DNA of 63,898 nt, filler included, from an uncultured bacterium (GTDB lineage Bacteria > DYJV01), in the NCBI GenBank assembly GCA_964543655.1. It is 9 parts of 9 records of this genome, joined end to end, with 100 filler letters (N's around TTAATTAATTAA, not from the genome) between each part and the next. Parts side by side here need not be neighbours in the genome. Positions count along the whole stretch, not along the records: positions 5,160 to 18,496 come from CAZIZE010000003.1; 8 more parts are not named here. One strand, given 5' to 3'. The position numbers and the translations under genes were made by a program. Below the pieces are notes generated by a model that worked only from the letters and a program-made list of their open reading frames with translations, had not been told where the DNA came from and searched no databases. Positions 8,782 through 17,458 of the stretch are shown in pieces (positions within the stretch are counted from its first letter, which is position 1; each line of letters begins with the position of its first letter).

Positions 8782-9927
8782 ATGGAATTTAAGTTAACAG
8801 AAGAGCAAAGAATGATTAGGGAAATGGTTGCTGATTTTGCAAAAAAAGAGTTAAAACCATTAGCTGAAAAAATTGATAAAGAGCACTATTTTCCAAAGGA
8901 AATAGTTGCAAAACTTGCAGAACTTGGCCTTATGGGTGTTGCTTTTCCAGAGGAGTATGGTGGAGCTGGAATGGACAATGTCTGCTATGCAATTGCCCTT
9001 GAAGAAATTTCAAGATACTGTGCTTCAACTGGTGTTATAATGTCAGTAAATAATTCTCTTGCTTGTGATCCTATTTATAAATTTGGCAATGAAGAGCAGA
9101 AGAAAAAGTTTCTAACTCCAATGGCAAAAGGTGAAAAATTGGGCTGTCTTGGACTTACTGAGCCTAATGCTGGTACAGATGCAGCTAATATTTCCACAAA
9201 TGCAAAATTAGTTGGAGATGAATGGATTGTTAATGGTAATAAAATTTTCATTACAAATGGTGCACAGGCAAATACATGTGTTTTAATAGTTCAAACAGAT
9301 AAGAGCAAAAAGCATAAAGGAATAGCTGCATTAATTGTTGACCTTGATAATACACCTGGTTTTAAAGTTGGCAAATTAGAAGATAAGCTTGGAATAAGAG
9401 GCTCTTCAACAGCTGAACTTGTTTTTGAAGATGCAAGGATTCCAAAAGAGAATCTTCTTGGGAATATTGGTGATGGATTTAAGATTGCCCTTGCAACCCT
9501 TGATGGTGGTAGAATAGGTATAGCTTCACAGGCTCTTGGAATAGCAAGAGGTGCTCTTGAAGAATCAATAGAATTTGCAAAAACAAGGATTCAATTTAAC
9601 AGACCAATAGCCAGCTTTCAGGCAATCCAATGGATGATTGCAGATATGGCTACAAGAATTGATGCTGCAAGACTTCTTATCTGGAGAGCAGCTTATTTAA
9701 AAGATAAAGGAGATGTAAGATATTCAAAAGAATCAGCTATGGCAAAACTTTTTGCATCTGAAACTGCAATGTGGGCAACCACAAAAGCTATTCAAATCCA
9801 TGGTGGCTACGGTTACACAACAGAGTATCCTGTTGAAAGGTATTTTAGAGATGCAAAAATCACAGAAATATATGAAGGTACTTCTGAGGTAATGAGATTA
9901 GTAATTTCAAGAAGTTATCTACAATAA
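8782..9927 (+). CDS. bcd: Acyl-CoA (butyryl-CoA-type) dehydrogenase
   Basis: LTEPNAGTD, GRIGIA, HGGYGY, EIYEGTSE; next to hbd and etfBA. Confidence 0.85.
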   Translation: MEFKLTEEQRMIREMVADFAKKELKPLAEKIDKEHYFPKEIVAKLAELGLMGVAFPEEYGGAGMDNVCYAIALEEISRYCASTGVIMSVNNSLACDPIYKFGNEEQKKKFLTPMAKGEKLGCLGLTEPNAGTDAANISTNAKLVGDEWIVNGNKIFITNGAQANTCVLIVQTDKSKKHKGIAALIVDLDNTPGFKVGKLEDKLGIRGSSTAELVFEDARIPKENLLGNIGDGFKIALATLDGGRIGIASQALGIARGALEESIEFAKTRIQFNRPIASFQAIQWMIADMATRIDAARLLIWRAAYLKDKGDVRYSKESAMAKLFASETAMWATTKAIQIHGGYGYTTEYPVERYFRDAKITEIYEGTSEVMRLVISRSYLQ

Positions 9928-9959
9928 ACTAAGCAAATAATAAAAAAAGGAGGTTAAAA

Positions 9960-10742
9960 GTGAAAATTATTGTATGTGTAAAACAAACATTTGACACAGA
10001 AGCAAAAATAGTTCTTGAGGGTGGTAAAGTATCAGATAAAGGTGTAAAATTAATTGCCAACCCTTATGATGAATTTGCAGTTGAAGAAGCTATTAGAATT
10101 AAAGAAAAAGAAGGTGGAGAAGTTGTTCTTGTATGCGTTGGAGCAGAAAGTGCTACAGAAGCAATGAGATATTGCCTTGCTATGGGTGGTGACAGAGGAA
10201 TTCATTTAAGTGACGAAGCTTTTTTAAATGGTGATGAAAAAAGCGCTGCTGCTGCACTTGCAAAAGCAATTGAAGAAGAAGGTGATTATGATTTAATCTT
10301 GTGTGGACAGGTGGCTGTTGACGATGGTTCAGCTCAAGTGCCACAGAGACTTGCAGAATTACTTGACTTACCACAGGTTACAATTGCTACCAAAATAGAA
10401 CTTGAAGATGGTAAAGCTAAGGTTACAAGAGAAGCTGATGGTGGAAATGAAATTTGGGAAACAGAGCTTCCAGCAGTTATAACTGCACAAAGAGGATTAA
10501 ATGAACCAAGATACCCATCTCTTCCAAACATTATGAAAGCTAAGAAAAAAGAGATTAAAAACTTAACTCCTGATGATATAGATGCTGATACAGATGAAAT
10601 AGGAGCAAATGGTGCTGGTACTGAAATTATAGAATATTTCCTTCCACCTAAGAGAGAAGCTGGAAAAATTTTTGAAGGTGAAGTTGACGAATGTGTAAAA
10701 CAGCTTGTTGATGCATTAAAAAATGAAGCTAAAGTAATTTAA
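9960..10742 (+). CDS. etfB: Electron transfer flavoprotein beta subunit
   Basis: VCVKQ, NPYDEFAVEEA, NEPRYPSL; GTG start after GGAGG. Confidence 0.95.
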   Translation: MKIIVCVKQTFDTEAKIVLEGGKVSDKGVKLIANPYDEFAVEEAIRIKEKEGGEVVLVCVGAESATEAMRYCLAMGGDRGIHLSDEAFLNGDEKSAAAALAKAIEEEGDYDLILCGQVAVDDGSAQVPQRLAELLDLPQVTIATKIELEDGKAKVTREADGGNEIWETELPAVITAQRGLNEPRYPSLPNIMKAKKKEIKNLTPDDIDADTDEIGANGAGTEIIEYFLPPKREAGKIFEGEVDECVKQLVDALKNEAKVI

Positions 10743-10772
10743 TTAAAATAAAAAATAAGGAGGTTAAGATAA

Positions 10773-11750
10773 ATGAGCATTTTAGTATATTGTGACACAT
10801 TTGAAGGAAAGTTTAGAAAAGTATCACTTGAGCTTTTAAGTGAAGCAAGCAAAATAGCAGAAAAAACCGGAGATGAAGTTCACGCAATAGTATTGGGTCC
10901 ATCTGCTAAAGCTCTTGCTGAAGAAACAGGGAAATATGGTGCTAAAAAAGCTTTTTATTGTGAAGATGGCGTTGTGGGAAATTATTCTACAGAAGCTTAT
11001 GCAGAGTTAGTGGAAAAAGCTTTTGATGAAAGTGAGCCAAAACTTTTCTTAATTGGACACAATCCAAGAGGAAAAGACCTTGCTCCAAGAGTTGCCCAGA
11101 GACTTGAGCTTGGAATGGTTTCTGATGTAATCAATATTGAAGTTGAAGGAGATGATTTTATTTTTACAAAACCAATTTATGCTGGTAAATGTATTACAAA
11201 GCAAAAATGTAAAACAGAGCCTGCGTTTGCATCAGTTAGACCAAATGTAATGGCAGTTGAAGAAAAAGGTGGAGATGCTCCTGAGCTTGTTGAATTAAAA
11301 CCAGAAATAAGCATTAATGATATTAGAGCTATAGTAAAAGAGCTTGTTATTCAAAAATCTGAGAGACCTGAGCTTACAGAAGCTGAAATTATTGTTTCAG
11401 GTGGTAGAGGTTTAGGTAAACCAGAAGGTTTCCAATTAATAGAAGAGTTAGCTGATGTTCTTGGTGCTGCTGTTGGTGCAAGTAGGGCAGCAGTTGATGC
11501 TGGCTGGAGAGAACATCATGATCAAGTAGGACAAACAGGTAAAGTAGTGTCACCTGTTCTCTATATTGCCTGTGGTATTTCAGGTGCTATCCAACATTTA
11601 GCTGGTATGGGCTCTTCAAAATTCATTGTAGCAATTAATAAAGATCCAGAAGCTCCTATTTTTAATGTAGCAAATTATGGTATTGTTGGTGACCTTTACA
11701 AAGTTGTACCAGTTTTAATAGAAGAGTTGAAAAAAGCTTTAAATAAATAA
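10773..11750 (+). CDS. etfA: Electron transfer flavoprotein alpha subunit
   Basis: [32 protein letters not shown]. Confidence 0.95.
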   Translation: MSILVYCDTFEGKFRKVSLELLSEASKIAEKTGDEVHAIVLGPSAKALAEETGKYGAKKAFYCEDGVVGNYSTEAYAELVEKAFDESEPKLFLIGHNPRGKDLAPRVAQRLELGMVSDVINIEVEGDDFIFTKPIYAGKCITKQKCKTEPAFASVRPNVMAVEEKGGDAPELVELKPEISINDIRAIVKELVIQKSERPELTEAEIIVSGGRGLGKPEGFQLIEELADVLGAAVGASRAAVDAGWREHHDQVGQTGKVVSPVLYIACGISGAIQHLAGMGSSKFIVAINKDPEAPIFNVANYGIVGDLYKVVPVLIEELKKALNK

Positions 11751-11753
11751 TTT

Positions 11754-11776
11754 AGGGGGGATTCTCCCCCTTTTTT
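11754..11776 (+). terminator. Intrinsic terminator-like hairpin after etfA
   Basis: AGGGGGGA-TTC-TCCCCCT followed by a T run. Confidence 0.65.
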
Positions 11777-11800
11777 ATTAAATTTTTTGGAGGAGTCTAT

Positions 11801-12952
11801 ATGGATTTTATGCTTACTGAGCAGGAAAAGATGATTCGGGATATGGTAAAAGATTTTGCTGAAAAAGAGATAAAGCCAATTGCTTCAGAAACAGATCAAA
11901 CACATAAATTCCCGGAAGAAAATATTAAAAAAATGGCGGAACTTGGCTTAATGGGAATGAATATCCCAGAAAAGTATGGTGGAGCAGAAGTTGGTGTTGT
12001 GCCTCTCAGTCTCTCTTTAATGGAAGTTGGAAAAAAATGTGCAGCCACTGGTGTTACTATGAGTGTTACCAATATGGTTAATGAGGTTTTATGCAAATTT
12101 GGTTCTGAGGAAGTTAAGAAAAAATATGTTCCTAAAATATGCTCTGGAGAATACCTTGCTGGAGCTTTTGGGCTTACAGAGCCACATGCTGGTAGTGACC
12201 CTGCAAGTATGAGAACAAGAGCTATAAAAGATGGAGATTATTATATTCTCAATGGTAGCAAAATATGGATTACAAGTGCTGAAATTGCAGGCGTTATTGT
12301 TATCTGGGCTGTTACAGATAAAGATGCACCAAAGGGAAAAAGAATTAGTGCTTTTGCTGTTGAAAATGGAACACCAGGAATGATAATTGGTAAAGCAGAA
12401 CTGAAAATGGGACAAAAAGGCTCACCAACCAATCCTATAACACTTGAAGATGTTAAAGTTCCAAAAGAAAATCTTCTTGGTAATGAAGGTGATGGTTTAA
12501 AAATTGCCCTTATGGCTCTTGATGGTGGCAGAATTGGCATAGGCTCAATGGCAACAGGAATTGGTCTTGGAGCTATGGAAATCGCAATGGAATATGCTAA
12601 AGAAAGAACTCAGTTTGGAAAACCAATTTCTGCATTTCAGGCTATTCAATGGAAAGTAGCAGATGCTATCACAGAGCTTGAAGCAGCAAAATTACTCTGC
12701 TTGAGAGCTGCATGGATGAAACAGAATAATTTACCTTTTTCAAAAGAAGCTTCAATGGCAAAACTTTATGCAACAGAAGCTGCTAACAGAGCTTGTTATG
12801 AGGCAATTCAAATACTTGGTGGCTACGGATATGCAGAAGAGTATCATGTGGAGAGATATTATAGAGATGCAAGAGCCACCACTCTTTATGAAGGTACATC
12901 AGAAATTCAACGACTTGTTATAGCAAGAAATATTATAGGTAGATTTGATTAA
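11801..12952 (+). CDS. Acyl-CoA dehydrogenase
   Basis: LTEPHAGSD, GRIGIG, LGGYGY, LYEGTSE. Confidence 0.92.
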   Translation: MDFMLTEQEKMIRDMVKDFAEKEIKPIASETDQTHKFPEENIKKMAELGLMGMNIPEKYGGAEVGVVPLSLSLMEVGKKCAATGVTMSVTNMVNEVLCKFGSEEVKKKYVPKICSGEYLAGAFGLTEPHAGSDPASMRTRAIKDGDYYILNGSKIWITSAEIAGVIVIWAVTDKDAPKGKRISAFAVENGTPGMIIGKAELKMGQKGSPTNPITLEDVKVPKENLLGNEGDGLKIALMALDGGRIGIGSMATGIGLGAMEIAMEYAKERTQFGKPISAFQAIQWKVADAITELEAAKLLCLRAAWMKQNNLPFSKEASMAKLYATEAANRACYEAIQILGGYGYAEEYHVERYYRDARATTLYEGTSEIQRLVIARNIIGRFD

Positions 12953-12953
12953 T

Positions 12954-12978
12954 AAAAGGGCACCATTTGGTGCTCTTT
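12954..12978 (+). terminator. Intrinsic terminator
   Basis: AAAGGGCACCA-TT-TGGTGCTCTTT hairpin right after the stop codon. Confidence 0.65.
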
Positions 12979-13021
12979 AATTTTTACTACTATTAATAGG
13001 CCTAAATTTATAGAGGTCTTA

Positions 13022-13140
13022 GACAAAACCAAATAAAAAATCCAGCAGCATTTTTTCTACAATTGCTTCTATTTACCACAAAAATTGTCATTTTGAGGAC
13101 TTTAGCCCGAAAAATCTATTGCTTTAAAGTTGCTTTTGTA
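13022..13140 (+). mobile_element. MITE-like repeat A, copy 1
   Basis: TTA|GACAAAACC...CTTTTGTA|TTA; internal TGTCATTTTGAGGACTTTAGCCCGAAAAATCT; homologous to 28850-28969 and 35763-35881. Confidence 0.75.
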
Positions 13141-13143
13141 TTA

Positions 13144-13220
13144 TACAGGTTCACGGTAAAATGTTCATAGTTCAACTTTGAAAGACACTTTAATAACAAT
13201 AATTTAAGAATATTGCAAAA
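13144..13220 (-). mobile_element. MITE-like repeat B copy abutting A1
   Basis: Starts TACAGGTTCACGG (reverse complement of the CCGTGAACCTGTA end); shares the TTA at 13141-13143 with A1. Confidence 0.65.
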
Positions 13221-13294
13221 GCAATAGATTACTCAGCTTAAAACATTTACAACCACCTGATATTGCTACCATTTCAAATAGTTAGGGGTATAAA

Positions 13295-14245
13295 ATGAAA
13301 AAAGTAAAAATTCTTTTCTGCAGCAGGCAATACCCTAAAACAATGGAATTTTTAAAGTTAAAATTACCAGAAGATAAGTTTGATATTTTCAACTGCAATG
13401 AAAATGAACTTTTATACAAAATAAAGGATGCTGATGTTGCTGTACCTTTAATGAGTAAGCTTACAAAAGAGATTATTTATAATGCAGATAATCTCAAATT
13501 AATCCATCAATTTGGTGTTGGACTTGAAGGAGTTGATATTAATGCAGCAAAAGAAAGAGGTATTTTCATTGCCAATATTCCTGCTGATAAAACTGGCAAT
13601 GCTTATTCTGTTAGTGAATTAACACTTTTTTTAATACTTGGACTTTTAAAAAATTTTAAGGAAAGTCAGCAAAGTTTTTTAAATAAACAAATTGGGTTTC
13701 CTCTTGGAGATGTTATTTTAAACAAAAAATTTCTTGTTCTTGGATATGGTAATGTTGGAAAAGCTGTTGTTGATATTTTAAAAAAATTTGATGTTGAAAT
13801 TATTGTTGCAAGACGCCAAATCAAAAATATTTCCTTTAATAGAGTAAAATTTATCTCATTTAAAGAACTTGATAAATTTTTACCTGATATTGATTTTCTC
13901 ATTGTTGCAATAACATTGAATAAAGATACCAGAGACTTTGTTGATGAATCAATTATTGAAAAAATGAATAAAAACTCCTTTTTAATCAACATTGCAAGAG
14001 GTGGTGTTGTAAAATACTCTGCACTTTTTAATGCATTAAAAAATAGAAAAATTAGAGGAGCTGGTCTTGATGTTTACTGGGATGAGCCATTTAATCCCCA
14101 AGATGAATTATTAAAATTCAACGTCTTAACAACTCCTCATATAGCTGGCAGCACAACATACAGTTATAATTTAATGGCAGAATTTATTGCTAAAAATATA
14201 GAGAGAGTTTTTATGAAAAAGCAGCCACCAGAGCCAAGCATTTAA
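13295..14245 (+). CDS. D-isomer-specific 2-hydroxyacid dehydrogenase
   Basis: GYGNVG, INIARG, LDVYWDEP, TPHIAG. Confidence 0.9.
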   Translation: MKKVKILFCSRQYPKTMEFLKLKLPEDKFDIFNCNENELLYKIKDADVAVPLMSKLTKEIIYNADNLKLIHQFGVGLEGVDINAAKERGIFIANIPADKTGNAYSVSELTLFLILGLLKNFKESQQSFLNKQIGFPLGDVILNKKFLVLGYGNVGKAVVDILKKFDVEIIVARRQIKNISFNRVKFISFKELDKFLPDIDFLIVAITLNKDTRDFVDESIIEKMNKNSFLINIARGGVVKYSALFNALKNRKIRGAGLDVYWDEPFNPQDELLKFNVLTTPHIAGSTTYSYNLMAEFIAKNIERVFMKKQPPEPSI

Positions 14246-14264
14246 TAATTTTAAATCCATACGG

Positions 14265-14828
14265 TTATTCTTTTCCAAGCATGCTATCTTTCAAACCTTC
14301 TGAAGGAGGGTCATCACCAAACCATACTGAAAAAATAGCTTTCATAAAAAGTTTACCCTTTATACATCCTTTTAGTTGATTCTGAATTTTTATACAGGTC
14401 CCTTTTTCTGGAAGATAGGTTATGGCAACTTCGTCACCTTGGTGTAAATTTTTATCAAAATATGAATAAAATGTATTAATTTCCTTTTTTATTTCAGGTA
14501 AAATATCCTTTGCATTATTTTCAAAATCATCTTTAAAAGCATCAATTATTTGATCAGGTTTTACCTTACTATAAATAAAATGCATTAAAATTCTTTTTGG
14601 TATATCTTTTTCAATAACATCTTTTGCATTACTCATTTTTTTTGGTAAATAAAGTGCACCAATATAAATTGTAAAAAAGAATTTCATTCTTTTCCCTGCA
14701 CCATTTAAAATTAATTTATGATTATCCACAGTAATAGTATCAGGAAGTTTAACTCCTTTAATTTCAAATGCAAAAATATTGCACGCTAAAAACAAAAAAA
14801 TAGTTGAAAATAATAAAATTTTTTTCAT
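14265..14828 (-). CDS. Chalcone isomerase-like secreted protein
   Basis: Signal peptide, then GVKLPD..LILNGAGKR..IYIGALYL and C-terminal AIFSVWFGDDPPS..LK..MLG. Confidence 0.85.
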   Translation of the reverse strand: MKKILLFSTIFLFLACNIFAFEIKGVKLPDTITVDNHKLILNGAGKRMKFFFTIYIGALYLPKKMSNAKDVIEKDIPKRILMHFIYSKVKPDQIIDAFKDDFENNAKDILPEIKKEINTFYSYFDKNLHQGDEVAITYLPEKGTCIKIQNQLKGCIKGKLFMKAIFSVWFGDDPPSEGLKDSMLGKE

Positions 14829-14851
14829 ATTTCCCTCCTAAAATATTATTC

Positions 14852-14869
14852 TAAATGAATATTCATTCA
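14852..14869. promoter_or_regulatory. Palindromic operator TAAATGAATATTCATTCA (TetR/FadR-like box)
   Basis: Perfect 14-bp core AATGAATATTCATT directly downstream of the -10 of the CHI-like gene. Confidence 0.6.
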
Positions 14870-14872
14870 ATT

Positions 14873-14901
14873 ATTATACACTACAAAAAAGGTTTTGTCA
14901 A
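14873..14901 (-). promoter_or_regulatory. sigma70 promoter for the CHI-like gene
   Basis: TTGACA (14901-14896), 17-nt spacer, TATAAT (14878-14873); exact consensus. Confidence 0.8.
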
Positions 14902-14955
14902 ACAGATATTAAAACCTTTTAAAAATAGATTTTTATACAAAACAAAACAATAGAA

Positions 14956-15041
14956 TACAATTTTCTACTTAAGATGACATTTGTATTGTTCTTAAATAGA
15001 TGTTATTAAAGTGAGTTTCAACGTTGAACCGTGAACCTGTA
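14956..15041 (+). mobile_element. MITE-like repeat B copy
   Basis: TACAATTTTCTACTTAAGATGACATTTG...GTTGAACCGTGAACCTGTA|TAA. Confidence 0.7.
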
Positions 15042-15044
15042 TAA

Positions 15045-15180
15045 GACCTTTGCACAGTACCTTTATCAATTGCTAAAAATTTACAACTGATAATAACAAC
15101 TTATGAATTCTTCAGTTGCTACGCTCCTTCATAATGCCCTCAAAAAACTCATTCTGAGCAGAAGCGGAGAATCCATTATA
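15045..15180. mobile_element. MITE-like element C, left end plus internal REP-like pair; right end not recognisable
   Basis: TAA|GACCTTTGCACAGTA; 15098-15178 is homologous to 1-80. Confidence 0.6.
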
Positions 15181-15263
15181 CATCTATTGTATTAATCTTT
15201 AGCATTTAAAATATCTTTTAGTGAATTTTTAATATATTAAGTCTGGCTAAGAAGAGATAAAAT

Positions 15264-15340
15264 TGGTAGCGGGGGCCGGATTTGAACCGACGACCTCTGG
15301 GTTATGAGCCCAACGAGCTACCAAACTGCTCCACCCCGCG
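15264..15340 (-). tRNA. tRNA-fMet (initiator, anticodon CAT)
   Basis: CGCGGGGTGGAGCAGTTTGGTAGCTCGTTGGGCTCATAACCCAGAGGTCGTCGGTTCAAATCCGGCCCCCGCTACCA; unpaired 1:72, three G-C pairs in the anticodon stem, encoded CCA. Confidence 0.97.
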
Positions 15341-15439
15341 TTAAGGAGCACTTATATAAAACAAATGGCAAATATTGTCAAGTAAAGAATTTACATTTTC
15401 AATTTTTTTAAAAAATTTTTTAAATATAAAAATATTTTC

Positions 15440-15469
15440 TTGACAGTTTACGTAAAGTTTTGCTATATC
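15440..15469 (+). promoter_or_regulatory. sigma70 promoter with TTTACGTAAA palindrome in the spacer (LiuR-like box candidate)
   Basis: TTGACA 15440-15445, palindrome 15447-15456, TG-n-TATATC 15461-15469. Confidence 0.5.
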
Positions 15470-15507
15470 AAGCGAGAATAAAAAATAGTTTTATTTGGAG
15501 GATAGAG

Positions 15508-16668
15508 ATGGGGTTAAATTTTGATTTAAATGAAGAGCATAATGTATTGAGACAGAGTGTTAGAAATTTTGCTGAAAATGTTATTAAGCCTGTTGCTCAA
15601 GAGCTTGACGAAAAAGAGGAATTTTCTGAAGAAATTACCAGAGAAATGGGTAAAATGGGGTTACTTGGAATGTTTGTATCACCAAAGTATGGTGGTTCAG
15701 GCCTTGATTATGTTTCTTACATAATTGCAGTAGAGGAGCTTGCTCGTATTGATGGCTCACATGCAGCAACTATTGCAGCAGGCAATTCCCTTGGAATTGG
15801 TCCTATTTACTACTTTGGAAATGAAGAGCAAAAAAATTATTGGTTACCACCTCTCTGCAAAGGAGAAATTCTTGCTGCTTTTGGGCTTACAGAACCAAAT
15901 GCAGGTTCTGATGCTGGTAACTCACAAACAACCGCTGTTTTAGATGGCAATGAATGGGTTATAAATGGTAGCAAAATATTTATTACAAATTCAGCTGCTA
16001 ATATGACAGGTGTTATAATTGTTCAGGCAGTTACTGGGAAAAGAGCTGATGGACGTAAGGAGATAAGCTGTTTCCTTGTTCCAGCTGATGCAAAAGGCCT
16101 CACCCGTAGAGCAATGAAAGGGAAGTTAATGTGGAGAGCTTCAAATACAGGAGAATTATTTTTTGATGATGTTAGAGTTCCTAAAGAGAATATGCTCGGC
16201 AAGCAGGGAGAAGGTTTTCACCAGATGCTTTCTACTCTTGATGGTGGAAGATTAAGTATTGGAGCAATGGGTCTTGGTGGAGCTCAAGGTGCTTTTGAGC
16301 TTGCTGTTAGATATGCAAAAGAAAGGGTTCAATTTGGACAACCAATAGTAAATTTTCAGATAAATCAATTTAAAATAGCAGATATGGCTATGGAAATAGA
16401 GCTTGCGAGAAATCTCCTCTATAAAGCCTGCTGGTTAAGGGATCAGGGCAGACCTTTTGCCAAACATGCTGCAATGGCTAAACTCTACTGCTCAGAAGTT
16501 ATGAAAAGAGTTGCAAATGAAGCAGTTCAGCTTCATGGCGGCTATGGACTGATGAAAGAATACAACGTTGAAAGATTTTTTAGAGATTATAAACTACTTG
16601 AAATTGGTGAAGGGACATCAGAAGTTCAAAGAATAGTTATTTCACGTTATGTTTTAAATGAGTTTTAA
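15508..16668 (+). CDS. Acyl-CoA dehydrogenase
   Basis: GGAGG RBS before ATG 15508; LTEPNAGSD, HGGYG, EIGEGTSE. Confidence 0.92.
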   Translation: MGLNFDLNEEHNVLRQSVRNFAENVIKPVAQELDEKEEFSEEITREMGKMGLLGMFVSPKYGGSGLDYVSYIIAVEELARIDGSHAATIAAGNSLGIGPIYYFGNEEQKNYWLPPLCKGEILAAFGLTEPNAGSDAGNSQTTAVLDGNEWVINGSKIFITNSAANMTGVIIVQAVTGKRADGRKEISCFLVPADAKGLTRRAMKGKLMWRASNTGELFFDDVRVPKENMLGKQGEGFHQMLSTLDGGRLSIGAMGLGGAQGAFELAVRYAKERVQFGQPIVNFQINQFKIADMAMEIELARNLLYKACWLRDQGRPFAKHAAMAKLYCSEVMKRVANEAVQLHGGYGLMKEYNVERFFRDYKLLEIGEGTSEVQRIVISRYVLNEF

Positions 16669-17443
16669 AATGGAAGAAATAATATTTGAAATAAAAGATA
16701 AAATTGCTTTTATTACTTTAAATAGACCTGAAAGTCTAAACGCCCTTACTGACAATATAATTGATAGTCTTGATAAATTTGTAAATAGTTTGCAGAGCAA
16801 TAAATCTGTAAGGTTCATTATTTTACAAGGAAATGGCAAAGCATTTTGTGCTGGGGTTGATGTAAAAGGGAAAGAGTACAATCCTTTAAATGCAAGAGAA
16901 TTTTTAATAAAATTAAATAATCTACTTAACAAATTGGAAGGCTTACCTCAGCCTTCCTTATCTCTTATAGATGGTGCAGCTGTAGCAGGTGGATTTGAGC
17001 TTGCACTTGCAACAACTTTCAGATTTGCAACTAAAAATGCTAAATTTGGCTTACCAGAAGTTAAATTAGGTCTTGTTGCTGCTGGAGGTGCTTCATTTAG
17101 ATTGCCAAGGTTAACTGGGCTCGGCAAAGCACTTGAAATAGCTCTTACTGGAGAGCTTGTTTATGGTGAAGAAGCTTTTAAAATTGGTATTGTTAATAAA
17201 TTGTTTGATTCTGTTGATAGTATGAAAGATGAAGCCTTAAAATTTGCAGATAAAATCACTTCAAATGCACCACTTGCAATAGAGTTTGTAAAAGAATCAT
17301 TTTATCACAATATTAATAATCCAAAAGAACTTGCAGCTCTTATAGAAATACTTTCAGCAAGTGTTAATCATTATTCAGAAGATAAAAAAGAGGGGATAAA
17401 AGCTTTTTTTGAAAAAAGAAAGCCTAAATTTAATTATAGATAA
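16658..17443 (+). CDS. Enoyl-CoA hydratase (crotonase family)
   Basis: AFCAGVD, plus both catalytic Glu in GGFEL and GLPEV. Confidence 0.9.
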   Translation: MSFKMEEIIFEIKDKIAFITLNRPESLNALTDNIIDSLDKFVNSLQSNKSVRFIILQGNGKAFCAGVDVKGKEYNPLNAREFLIKLNNLLNKLEGLPQPSLSLIDGAAVAGGFELALATTFRFATKNAKFGLPEVKLGLVAAGGASFRLPRLTGLGKALEIALTGELVYGEEAFKIGIVNKLFDSVDSMKDEALKFADKITSNAPLAIEFVKESFYHNINNPKELAALIEILSASVNHYSEDKKEGIKAFFEKRKPKFNYR

Positions 17444-17458
17444 AACATAGAGGATATT

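Noticed and set aside
13210-13266. ATATTGC direct repeat flanking a 43-bp insert in repeat B
   Set aside because: A 7-bp AT-rich match with no clear ends on the insert; cannot be told from chance.
15264-15340. tRNA-fMet as an integration site of a genomic island
   Set aside because: No integrase and no duplicated tRNA 3' end seen; only MITEs lie downstream.
15460-15507. Upstream TTG start for the third acyl-CoA dehydrogenase (also the 6568 start for thiolase 2)
   Set aside because: Overlaps the promoter or previous gene; downstream ATGs at 15508 and 6601 have GGAGG RBSs.
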